Part shown: positions 13,201 through 25,148 of the stretch, one piece after another | How positions within the stretch are numbered: the stretch's first letter is position 1 | Layout: each line of letters opens with the position of its first letter | Assembly: GCA_030704615.1 (NCBI GenBank) | Contig: CM060733.1 | Coordinates: 8,742,001-8,806,000 of the forward strand | Origin: Takakia lepidozioides | Taxonomy: Eukaryota > Plantae > Bryophyta | Direction: 5' to 3' | DNA length: 64,000 nt | The notes under the pieces: generated by a model | Told to the model about the DNA's origin: nothing | Database searches by the model: none | The model's input: only the letters and a program-made list of their open reading frames with translations | Made by a program: the position numbers and the translations under genes

Positions 13201-14430
13201 TCCATTATGTTTTGCTTAAAGGAGGAAGCTTAAAGGAAAAATGCTTGACATGAAATTCACAACTTGCAAACCAATCACTGATCAAACCAGCTCCCAAACA
13301 TCCTTCAAACCTCTGTACATACAATAGGTCTAGATCTGCGCTTCCCCACTTCTCTGTGAGCTCATGTCTTACATCCACTTGAAACCAACATACTACTAGG
13401 TAAACAAACTGGTAAATGGAGCTACACACAGCATGCACAAGTTTGCAGTATGTTCATAACCGTCCAACTTTAAAGACCAAAAATACACCTTATCTTTAAT
13501 CATCTGCCAAATGATCCTGGTCATCTCATCCCCTGCACTCCCCCAGATTATGATCACACGTTAGATTCATGTCTCCTGTTATATAAAGGACCGAAAGCAC
13601 CGAACTCTGGTAGACAGAACTACTAAATGCAATTTGACTAGTGGAAAAGGCGAACAACTGCCTTTACCGCAGAAGAAGCTAAACAAAGCTTTCACAACAA
13701 GTGCCAGCTATATTGGTAGAGCCTAGTGCCCGCACACGACAGTAATTCATGGCACCCATCCATAATTCAATTCGTGAATAGTAGAACTATGTCTGGAATC
13801 AAATTTCTCCTCCATGCAATTAATCAAGCTTGAGCTTCAAATTTCTGTGCTCAATAGAACAGAACCATGCTCGATATCGGGACAGTCACTGCGACTTCGT
13901 CACCACAATGGTGAGTAAATTGACAACAGTGCGACTCTATTTAATCCCGCCTTGGGTTACAGCAGACATGGCCTTGTGAAAATTCAAATTCTAAAAAGAA
14001 AGGAATCTTTCGACTCAAAGTTGATAATCCATCAATGAGTGCTAAGCTAAGCTCGTTGTTGACAATTGACAAAAGCGAAATCCGCATCTAGCACAGCAGC
14101 AGATCACGCACGACAACCACCGTCAGGAGTGAGGAGATCCAGAAAATCTCAGGACAGCAGAATCGACGTACCATCCATCTCAACGATGGGATTATCCACC
14201 TTGATCTTCTCAAAAGCCATGGCAGCACACAACACGGCCGAGGAATGGAACTGGGCAGCACAACTAGTCCTCACCCAAACCCCAGGACCACCCACAACAG
14301 AAACCTCCCTGAAAGACAAAGGGCAGGCCCCTCTGGACCCAATCCCAACGATATACTCCCCACTCCCGAGCTTGGAAGCTGCAGATGAGACAGAAAGCAC
14401 CAGGCGCGGTAGTCTGAGCAGGGCCAGCAT
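7284..14430 (-). CDS. ICDH: NADP-dependent isocitrate dehydrogenase, 15 exons. Upstream ATG 14430, cytosolic-type ATG 14220, ends in SKL*
   Basis: [17 protein letters not shown]|[87 protein letters not shown]. Last exon 7284-7377 reads [30 protein letters not shown]. Confidence 0.97.
7781..7851 (-). mobile_element. Very short 3'-terminal copy of the RTE/RTEX-like LINE in the last IDH intron
   Basis: Reverse complement GTTCCGCCCAAACTGGGCAGGGGGTCTATGGCCACAAGGCTACAGCAACGTCTTCTGAGTGCATTCTCTCT matches the family tail. Confidence 0.8.
9925..10180 (-). mobile_element. Internal C-terminal fragment of the RTE/RTEX-like LINE in an IDH intron
   Basis: [24 protein letters not shown] matches [23 protein letters not shown] at 22437-22733. 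Confidence 0.75.
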
Positions 14431-14974
14431 GGTGCCTCTGCGCGATGCTCTCGCTCCCCCGCACACTGCTCCCCATGCCTCCGCTTCTCCAGGAACACAC
14501 TCACTGCTAACTGAGCCTTGTTAGTTACTGCTAACTATATTCCATATTCCCTCCTTTTTGTACACCGTTAGCCTAATGTCAGTCTACCTTAGTTAGGGCA
14601 AGACCGTTAACCGTATGGGTGATAACGGTAGCCCTAAATACCATGCCAACTTTCTCTGTCTATTTGTCCTTGTCTCTCATCGTTCTGATCTCTTTACTAG
14701 CTGCATCATTGATGATTGCAAACCGTTGTAGAATGTTGTGCATTACTCTTCCCCTAGAAACTTTTGTGCGCAAGCAATCTGTTGTGATAAGCACCTGAAG
14801 GGTGCTGAGATAATAGGGGACATGCTGTACAGCGCTGGAGCTGTACAGATATTTCCGGCCATCGCACAATTACCATCGCTAGCTGTTGTTAGGGGATTGG
14901 AAGGTTGGAGAGGGAGAGGGAGGGGGGCAGTGGGGAAGTGGGTTTGTTCCGATTCTGGGGGAGGTGAGGCGGAG
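14431..14974. promoter_or_regulatory. Short head-to-head (likely bidirectional) promoter between ICDH and the PLP-homeostasis gene
   Basis: Divergent ATGs 544 bp apart. AACGG/CCGTT MYB-core motifs at 14565, 14604, 14624 and 14723. Confidence 0.6.
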
Positions 14975-17900
14975 ATGGCGAGAGCTGCAGAGGGTGCAGC
15001 GGTGGTGGCGTTGCGGAATGTGATGCAAAGAGTGCAGCAGGCGTGTGATCGAGCCTACCGCCCTGCCTCCCAGGTGTGGTGTCTCTGTATCTGTGAAGGG
15101 TTTGGATCTGCCATACCCTAGCGATGGCATTGGCGACCACGTTGCCATCTTGCGCTTTGTTTAGATCACAGGTTTCAGGGTTCAAGGGGGCCCTATCATC
15201 GGTATTATAATGTCCAGCTTGCGTCGCTGAAATTGGAACCCTAGCCTGATTACCGGGAAATGCTCCTTGATGGAAGTATGTTATGAAGATGAACAGAGAT
15301 ATATTCGGAAGACGCGCCCTTTCAATCACCCGGCAAAACACTATGAACGGATATAAAATCAACCCTCAAGTCGATGGTGAAAATGTTACGAAACTTGACG
15401 ACGTCATAGCCAACATTCTTCTGTCGTTTCTTAGGCAGTGCCAGCATATATGCTTGCTAGTTAACCGACATGGTTGTAATCAAGCTTACCACTCAGCTGC
15501 CACGCCTGAAATGATGGAGCAGGTGAGGGTACTGGCAGTAAGCAAGACGAAGCCAGTGGCAGTGATTCAGGAGGTGTATGATGCAGGGCACCGTGATTTT
15601 GGAGAAAATTATGTTCAGGAGCTCATAGACAAGGCACCCGAGGTAGTGTTCCCGGTCCTTGAAACTTGTCACCATTGGTATACCATCTTTCAGAAACATT
15701 TCTTCCTTTGACGAGAGCCCAGCTGGCTGTGCCTTCCACAATGCTCCGCAGCATTGTCAATACCAGGATAGGTTGAAGATTCTTTAGGGAAAAAAATTCA
15801 GGGGTAAGAATTTGTAATTTTGTTCTGACATATGGTAGTTGTTTGCGGGTGGGGGTTGGGTGCACTGATCAGCTGCCTGCTGACATCCAATGGCATTTCA
15901 TTGGTCACCTTCAAAGCAACAAAGCCAAGGCTCTGGTCGGTGGGTGTCTTTCTTCTTCCATTCTGAGCCATGTTCATCAAATTGAGTAACCTCCATGATG
16001 TTGGATTGGGTTTGGGGGGGGCTGCATTTCATTTGCATTCTCTCTCTATTCCAAGTCAGGTGTGCAAAACATCTGTGTCACCGCTGTTGACTAAAAGTTG
16101 CTCTGTCAATCCTTTCTCTCTTTGCACAAGGGTAGTAACTTAGTAAGCATGGTCATCCACTGTTAGTGTACCTGCTAAGTTTGTGGCGGCAGCGAACAAA
16201 GGCGGGGAGTGGTTTGACTCAGGGTGATGATTCACTATTGTGGGGCTGCTATTTCCTCAATTTTCAGTTGGCGTTCCCAATCTCTACATGGTGGAAGGTC
16301 TCGACAGCTCTAAGGTTTGGCTATGCTTGCTGGATCACCTGCTGGTGCTTAGGTCCTGACAAATTTGGTCCTTAACTTGCTTCGCTCTAAGTGGTTGCTG
16401 ATGTGTTGTGGAGGTTCTTGTTGGTGGAGGGAAATGAATTGTGATCGGGTAGATTGTCTAACCAAATGAGACTGAGAACGGCTATGGAGCCTGTTGTATT
16501 GGAGAACATGTAGGTAAGTGGTGAGGTGTCATTGTAAAATCATTGACCTTGTGATGAAGCCAGCTTTGTTTTGCTTACACTGGAAATTTGAAGAGACAAT
16601 AAACATGACCAGTGTGATTTGCATGATTGGTTTCTCCATAGTAATGACATCAATCCATCAGCAAGGTTACCCTCAACAAGGGATAACAGGCTCTTCAATA
16701 ATTGGGCAATATTTTTAAATTGCTTTTGAGGACAGCTCTGATGAGGTGAGGTCTGCTAAGGCTGCAGCAAGGCAGTATGAGTGTAGCCTTCATCTACAAC
16801 TGAAGTTAGCTAAAGTAGTGAAGTTCCAATGAAATTTTAGAGTCACACTTAACCTTTTTTATATTATGCCACTAGGCATTCTTAGAGGTGAGGGTGTTTG
16901 GCAGGTTGCAAACTATTTAGATCGGGCTGTAAGTGGACTGGGAAGGCCGCCTTTGAAAGTCCTGGTACAGGTGAACACTAGTGGAGAGGATTGTAAGTTT
17001 CACAGGCCCTCCTGTTCTTTCTCCTGCTTGTTCCTTTGAACTTGTTGTCCTCTCTTTTTCTGCAATTAGAGAGAGAAAGAGAAACATATACATGCCTTTG
17101 AAGATGTATCAAATTTTGTGGATCTGATTGTGAGTTGTGGTACAGAAACTCATCTGTAAATAGCATATCCATGGTCATGCACACCCAATGTACGTCTATA
17201 TCCAAATGTATATGACCACCGATTTCTCAGATGGCCCATTGGCTATTGTAGAATAGCAAAGTAGATCAAGGAGAGAAAATCTTTAAATTTGTACCTTCCC
17301 TGCGAGATTCCCTGCAGGATATTAAGCCTCCTAGAGCTGGTCATAGCATACCAGTCCACTATCTCAACCCAGCATGCAATCGTGATAGCGCCTGTGCATA
17401 ACTGAGGACAGTCTGGTCATAGTGGATTTGAGTGTTGAAACAAACACTGGCCTCAACATCAAGCTAGAACTCGTATGGTTCTAGCACTGCTACTACACAA
17501 ATGTAACACATCTTCACTGCCATCACATGCTGGAGGAATGGGCTGACTCTGGGTATCACTCGTCTGGTCACATGTGGTTTTGATTGCATTATTGGTTACA
17601 CTGTAGGGATCACAGAGGGAGACAGTGTCTTCAATTTTGGGGGTAGCACAGGATTATTTTTATTGCCCATCCTTTTGCAGTGACATGTGCCTGGATGGGT
17701 CGGGTACAGCCAAGTCAGGAGTGGAGCCATCAGAGTGTGTGCAGCTTGCAAAGCACGTTAAGCAAGACTGTCCTAACTTGCAGTTTTCTGGATTGATGAC
17801 AATTGGCATGCTTGACTATACTTGCACACCGCAAAACTTTCAGGTGTGGCTCTGCCATGGGCTGAACCAAAGTCCTGATTGCGAGTCTTATCTGTACTAA

Positions 17901-18452
17901 ACAGTGCTATTGTTAGCGCTGCTTTTTGTGGTGCCGTGGCCATAACAGCCCTTCAGTTGGCACCGCAACAGGGATTGCTGTTTGCTGTGGAGTGAAGTAG
18001 AACTGCAGGGAGAAAACTTGTACGAGTGTCAGCAGCCTTGACCATCAATGAATCTCACTCCACTTGAAGCATTGAGAACAATACAGCACATATATATCTA
18101 CTTCGTTCGTGCACCATGGCTGTAAGTTGGACACTAGCTATAGGAATTGGGATGCGAGAGATGGTCTGAGCCGGTGTCATAGAGCTGTCATTGCCCTAGC
18201 GCTACTAATGTACTCACATGAGATTTTGCCTTTTGTGAAGTTTGCAAATCATGGGGGAGCATGCTATGGAAGACTGGATGTGTTCCCTATTCTGACAGTT
18301 TGGTGCATCATGATACTCATGGCCTTATTGGGCTTGCAGACGTTATCAAGTTGCAGGGAGGAGGTGTGTAGGGAACTTGAGATACCGGAAGAAGAGTGTG
18401 AGCTTTCAATGGGCATGTCGGGTGACTTCGAACTTGCGGTACTTGTTTGTAG

Positions 18453-18489
<37 letters not shown>

Positions 18490-19093
18490 CTGCTCAAACT
18501 GAGCGCGGGGTCAATGGCCACAAGGCTACGGCAAATAATGTCTTATGCGTATATTCTCTCTCTCTCTCTCTCTCTTTTTGATGTGTACATTCTCTCTGTT
18601 TTGTGTAATTTGAATTTTCTACTCTGTCCCATGGTTGGGGTGCCCTGTGATGTTATGAAGTGTCTTTCCTCCTCTCCGCTGTCTCTCTCTGGTGAAGGTG
18701 GGGGCGGGGCCTTCTGGTCATTAAACACATTCCAGACACCACACAGCTATCTAAGAACCTCATCGCTGGTAAATGGGCCCTCTTATAGAAGGGAGCAGCC
18801 ATGGGATAAGAAAGTAGTGATCTATAAAGCATCACTACCTCTTAGATCACTACATCACTAATTCTTCTTTCCAGTGACTTGAAATTCAAGGTTGATTCCT
18901 ACTTCAGTATTACTTTTGGTATATATGACTTCCAATTTACTCACGTTTATTCAGTCTTTGTTACCATTCCTACTATGCTTGCCATTTGTCTTCATAGACT
19001 TGTGTTGGGCGTATGCAGATTGAAATGGGGAGTACCAATGTGAGAGTTGGATCCACAATCTTTGGACAGCGTGAATACCCTGCCAAGAATTAG
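14975..19093 (+). CDS. PLPBP: Pyridoxal-phosphate homeostasis protein (YggS/PROSC family). Exons 14975-15073, 15523-15642, 15873-15939, 16268-16314, 16905-16992, 17710-17843, 18340-18438, 19019-19093
   Basis: VLAVSKTKP (PLP lysine), [48 protein letters not shown]|[16 protein letters not shown]. Exon phases are consistent. Confidence 0.96.
18487..18575 (+). mobile_element. Short 3'-terminal copy of the RTE/RTEX-like LINE inserted in a (TC)n microsatellite
   Basis: (TC)n at 18457-18486, then GTTCTGCTCAAACTGAGCGCGGGGTCAATGGCCACAAGGCTACGGC.., then (TC)n again. Confidence 0.85.
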
Positions 19094-20694
19094 TGCTCTA
19101 AACTTTTATGCCAGCATTGAAACAAGTCTCATAACTCGGGCTACTAAACTGACCTAGTTTTTAAACAGATGAACCGTATAGATTTGTAAGATTACCTGCC
19201 AGGCTAGCTCCTCCTTACAAACCCCTGTAAGGTACCTCGCAACGTGGACAAAAGTTCTGATCGGGGAAGTATCTCCAAAAACAAAGGAAAATTTTGGTCG
19301 GTTTTTCTATGGGCCTATAGAGGATATTGAAACCTGTAAATATGGAACATTTGCCCATATACTTTATCCCTACAATTTGCTACTGTTTATGTATGTGATC
19401 CATTGCAGCAGTTGTCCATCCTGGATTGGTAAGGTGTTGGTCCCTAAAACTCCAGTGTCAAAGTTATATTCCTCTTCTTCCGTGATTGTTGCAGTTTTGT
19501 ACATCCAAAGCAAATCTTGTCTACACCATAAAAACCTTCGAAATTTTTCTCTTACAGGGAGGTTATTCAGCACAATATTGGCCACAGGGTGTGGCACTGT
19601 AAGCCCCCGTCCACCGGGGATCTGACAGGGAACACCCCGCAGCAAATATTTTTGGTGTAGTCAGCTGCAGAAATAACACCTTAGGCCTAAGGTGGAGGTC
19701 AACTGTGTATGCAATCTAGCTTTAGATGGGGTTACTGAGTAAACTGATCGCCTATTGACTACATGTGGCCAACCATCCTGGACTGCTGAAAAATTGTTCC
19801 TCTCTGCTGGTAACAGGATGTGAGGGCAAGTGGAAAGCAAAATACATTGATGTTTCCCCAAATCCGCCGCAAGAATGTCTTAGCCCTCCAATATGCACAG
19901 GATTTTCTACAAACAAACTCACGTGTCATTCTCCTTTATCAGTGCCCTGTTTGCCCTATCTGCCCTCTAAGAACCATAACTGTTGAACTTAATTTATGCC
20001 ACGATTGTTGAGAACCTCAGGGCAGGGGAACTTTCAAATCCATCCAATACCATTCACTTAGAAAAAACCTACCTCTCGAGTCTCAATGGTAGATCTCGAC
20101 ATACTTTAATTCCCATCAAACAGTGATTGAGACTTTCACTCGCTTCAAGCTCAACTTTACTTCAAAGATTCGATTATCATCAATAAAAGATTAAAAGAAA
20201 GAATAATTTACACCTGCCACTGCTTTTATACCGTTCCAAAGAAGGCATGTCCTTTTACCATGGCAAAGCACAGCAAAGCTGCTGTACACTCATGGCTGAG
20301 CTAACCTCCTGCATCTTCAGTCACTGAGTTTCCCTGACCTCACTGATTCAGAGTTACTCGGTCACCCAAGCAAGCTTGACCAAGTAACTCGGAAATGAGT
20401 CGTGATGATATTCAAGTGAAATAACATGCCTTTCACAATGGCTAGATGCCTTACAAGGCAAGGAGCTGCATGTCCCCAATGCCCTTCCCTTAAAACATCT
20501 TAGAAAGGCAGAGAGCCAGATACTCTGAGATTCACTCAGCCATTGTAGCTGCAAATAGTCACCAGCCAAGAGACCAAACTCCATAAGAGACAAAAATGAA
20601 AGGCATGGAAAGCAGAGGTTTCAGACAAACGTCCTCCCTCCTGCCCCATTCTCCTTCTGACAATCACCCCCACTATGCAGCAAAACTAAGTATG

Positions 20695-23600
20695 CTACAC
20701 ACACACCTGGGGCTCAACGGTACTTTCCTTGGACACATCCCTTCCTCCAGCCAACTGTCCAGTTTTTTTGAACAAATCCAATGTCTGAGACAGGTCAGTC
20801 TCAACCACCACCCCAGATTGCCTGAGCAAAGTCAAGGTCTGGTTATTTGGAAGGACATTATCAGCTGCCATACGTTGCAAGAACCCACCAGCAGGCACCT
20901 TGGCATAGGTGTAAGCCTTCAGCAATGTATTGTATGCCCGCACGTTTACAAGTGGATAACCCTTTTTGAGTACCTGGAAGTGCTTCTCCGCACTCACCAC
21001 ATTGCCCCTCACGGCATACTCATCAAGGATTGCGAGTAAGGTATCCAGCCGTGGTTTGGACTGACCAGAGATGGCCTCCTTCTGGATTTTCTTCAAAGCA
21101 GCCAAGGCTTTGTCCAACCGGTTGCCCTTCAAGTATCCTACAACTAAATGGTGGCAAGTGACCGCAGTCCTTTGTCTTCCAGCTTTAACCATTTGTGCCA
21201 AAACATCCTCTGCTTTGTCCGTCATCCCTTGCTGAGCATACACACTAATCATTGCATTATATTGGCGAGTTAACACTGATCCCTTCTCCTTTTGCAGTTC
21301 ACTAAGGACCTGTTCAGCTCTCTCAACCTTTCCCAGCTTCCCAAAAGCCTCCAGCACAATGACCCAACTACGATTTGAAACGACAGGGGAGCTTTTCACT
21401 TTCTCCCACACCCTTTCCACCCCCTCAATATCTCCAAGCGTTGCATACTGTGCTATCAGTATGTCATACGCTGCACGCCTGCGAGGGAAATCACCCTCTT
21501 CCATCACTTTTAAGTAGGCAGTGGCCTTCTCAGGTTCACCAGCTTGTACATAGGCGCTTGCAAGAGTGCCATAGGTAGCTGCATCTGGCTTTACTCCCTC
21601 GTCAGCCTTCATCTCCTCAAAAACTTCCTCCATTGCTGCAATATCCCCTCTACAGCCTCTCACATCCATTAGGATGTTGTATGTGTAGGCATCACGCGCA
21701 ATCCCTGCCACTTTCATCTCCTCCAGCAACGCTGGAATCTTGTCATCCATACGCTTGCGCTTGTACAGCAATAACATTTGGTTGAAAGAGAAAGGCATGG
21801 TAAGGAGTCCTGATGCTTTGAGCTTGGTCATGGTGGCTTTAGCCTTACTCACCATGCGAAGTTCGGAATAGTTCTTCAAAAGAATATTGTATGTACCCTC
21901 AGTCTTCAATTCTGGGGGAGATTTTTCAAATATCTCTTCTGCAGTCCGAACATTTTTCATCTTAAACTTGAGATCAATGCGCACACACTGGTCCATTTGC
22001 TCCCACTTTAAGTCTTTTTGTTTTGACATGAAGTCAGAAATCTGCAGCAAAAAAGACAAAAACACCATGAAATCTTTGTACCAATATGTCTAGAGCACAG
22101 CTCATTTGCAAGGGATAAGCACCCACTTCATCACATGCACTTCACAGCTTCAATAAGACAACACTGCTGGAATGGTACAATGCTGGCGAGCCCACCAACT
22201 TCTCTGCCATATGCATACTTATCACTATAGAATGTACTTATAAGACGTTGTTTGCCGTAGCCTTGTGGCCATTGACCCCGCGCCCAGTTTGAGCGGAACA
22301 TAAAGGGACAGAACCTACCTCTGTCAGGGGCTGACGTCGGTAGTAAGACTTAAGAACATTGATCCGGGTTTTCCAGATATCCTCTAGAAATCCCTTCACA
22401 CAAGCATCAATCTGCTCTGTGTGGTTTGCCCAGTAACTAGGCCCCAGAAAGGGCCTTGGGCTTTGGCTCAGCCTCGAGACTTTCAAAGTTGGTAAACATA
22501 GGTACAGGCACAATTCCCTTGATAGATTTGAGGAGAGCGCCTCTCTGGTGAGAGTACCCCGGACAGTGAATCATGAAATGAATATTGTCTTCGGGTTGCC
22601 CACACAGCGGGCAATTGCACTCTCCCTCCCCTCTCTGCTTCTGTTTACTGTTCAAAGGTAGCCTTCCTGCCCTGAGTTTAAATTTCAGTCTGGTGCCGAG
22701 AGTGGGTAGGCCCTTGAGGTCATCACTTATCACTATAGAGAGGGAAAGAGAGAGACATCCCCTCCCTTCCTTAAAATAGCCTACTCAAGGCTTGAATAGG
22801 CTGGTCCAGGTCTGTGGGTCACAATTCTGAGGAAACTACAATGTCTGTTCCAGATTGTGAGACAGCCACGGTCTTTACAAATGCTTTTGGACACAGGGTT
22901 TTCTGAATTTGTTAGTGGCAATGTTGCAACATAACTAATAAGTGTCTAAGCATTCACAACTATCTTCTGGAGCTTCTGTCTCTTTATATCCTAATCTGGG
23001 CATTTATGAATCAGCTATTTCATCTCACTGCCACCTTTGCCTTAAAACGATGATACTATCTTCATTTGGAAGGCAGTTAGCTCAATCACCTATGCAGCTT
23101 AAGGCTGAACCAGTGTGCTTCCCTGCTGACCCTATCTGGATTTCCATTTCTTGGCTTGCCTCATCAAGGTTTTTGAGAATAAAGGCTTTTAGTGATGGCT
23201 CCGTTGGTGTCTCTTCAGCCCCGCCCCACCCCCACAGAAAGAAAGAGATGCACTGACTGACCATGGCCTAAGCAAATTGGCTACAGCATACCATGACAGG
23301 CATACTCTACCCATCCAGAGCTGGTTGCGGAGTCACCAGGGTATGAGTGGATGTGGTTGTGTGTGTGAGAGAAAGAGAGAGAGCATCCACAGTGTAAGAG
23401 GAGGAAGAAGGTTTCCCACCTCCATAGCTTGCTTGAAGCGGGATCGTCTTCTGAGCCGAGTTACAGTACTGATTAGGCTGCGTTTATCGAGGGCATTGCC
23501 CTCTGCCACCCATTGTTTAATAGTAGGAAGCACTGACCTTTGTGATCCCCGCCTCACACTCTCTATCTTCTTCCACAGAGCAAAAACTGCTTTGTCATCC

Positions 23601-25148
23601 TTGACTGGCTCTTCCTCTCCATCCTCCTCCAAGGAGCTGTCTTCATCAGAAACATCTTCACCGAGTTCTTCACCAGGTAAGGCAGTTGACACAGATCCAG
23701 CCTCATCAAGATTAACTGAATCATTGCTGCCTAGTATACTCTCCTCCAGATTTGCCTTGACATGGGGAGTGTCCTTCAATCTTCCGTCTTCAATGTCCTT
23801 CTCTGGCAAGATTTGAGACGAAAGTGATCTAGAAAACCCCCTAACAGGGACCCTCAACACTAGGCCAGAATCATCTTGGACATGACAGGTTCCTCCTAGT
23901 CGGATGGGCATCGGCACCTGATATGTGCCTGCACTCCTGTCCTCTCTACCCCGAGCTCCCATATGCAGTTCTTTGTCTTGAGGTCCTTCCCCTGTATACC
24001 CCGCAGACAAGTGGTTGCCCTCTATGATGGTGGCTGCAACTCTTGAGGGCTGACTGCAGGAAAGCCCTTCTCTCCAGAAAAGAAGTTCTTCTGTAAGCCT
24101 TTTCTGGGTGTCCACCGGATTCCCACCGTCTTTCCACACTCTTGCTGGCCTGCAACACCACACCCACTAGAGTGAGCGACCCTCAAAGTTCACCCTAGGC
24201 GTTTTTGACTTTGCCATTTAGGGCTCTCATTTTGACCCCAAAGAGAACAGAACAGACAATTTTGAGACCCTTGTTGGAGAAAAGTCTGTGTAAAGTACGT
24301 TTCTGTTTCTGTCCCATCCAAGTTACACAAGTACAGCTCGTATTGAGGTACTGACCTCACCAAAGGTGGTCTAACCTACAAAAAATATGAATCTCAATCC
24401 CAAATTGCAATGGCCTCACACGAAGTATAAGACAATCCAGTTTGAGGGCTTTTGTGTTGATTCAGGGGGTGGTATTGCCATCATACTAGACATCAAGGTC
24501 TGATATGAGGACTAAGGGAGGGCTCTACCTCAAGCACATGAAGGCTGTGGTTGCGCTGTCAGACACAGAAAACGAACTTATTGAGCATTGCCTGCCAAAG
24601 TTGGTTTCGGTATAAACTTAACGACCTTCTCCCAGCAGGGTCTGAGACTAGACATCAAGGTCTGATATGAGGACTAAGGGACGGCTCTACCTCAAGCACA
24701 TGAAGGCTGTAATTGCGCTGTCAGACACAGAGAACGAACTTATTGAGCATTGCCTGCCAAAGTTGGTTTCGGTATAAACTTAACGGCCTTCTTCTTTGAG
24801 ACTCCCCCCGACATTGCTAAGGACAAACCACGAAACTCTGGTTCCGTGCCTTTTAGTGCCAACATCCATAAATCATGAGGTCCCTCAAATCCCTCTCCCG
24901 TGAAAGAAATCCCGTGAAACAAACGTGACAAATGTGGCCGTTCTTTGCACTTCCCAGCACTGGAGATAGAAAAATAAAATAAATAAATTTTATAACGTCC
25001 ACAGAGGAAGGACCACGAGGGACAGGGTAGAAGAAAAAAAAGGGAGCGAAAAACAAAAATAGAGACAGCATGCTACACAGAGAGAGCGAGGCATAACTTC
25101 TTACCGTTGGAAGTAAACAGAACGGGCTGCTCTCCAGACTCTTGACAT
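20695..25148 (-). CDS. P-class pentatricopeptide repeat protein, probably mitochondrial. Exons 25105-25148, 24691-24717 and/or 24529-24555, 23420-24149, 20695-22041
   Basis: Arg-rich presequence MSRVWRAARSVYFQR, then an acidic linker and IKQWVAEG..RLRRRSRFKQAME|ISDFM. Tandem ~35-aa motifs (TYNILL..Y, YTYNILMD, TYGTLASAYV, YNAMISVYA). No E/DYW domain. The 3' end could instead splice at CAG|GTGTGT near 20707. Confidence 0.9.
22232..22724 (-). mobile_element. 5'-truncated RTE/RTEX-like LINE with a perfect 15-bp TSD, in the PPR intron
   Basis: TSD ACTTATCACTATAGA at 22217-22231 and 22725-22739. Encodes a CCHC knuckle CPLCGQPEDNIHFMIHC and carries the family 3' tail. Confidence 0.92.
24485..24792. 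repeat. Tandem duplication (period 162 bp, ~146 bp near-identical) containing a 27-nt micro-exon
   Basis: 24485-24630 and 24647-24792 differ at only a few bases. Confidence 0.95.
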
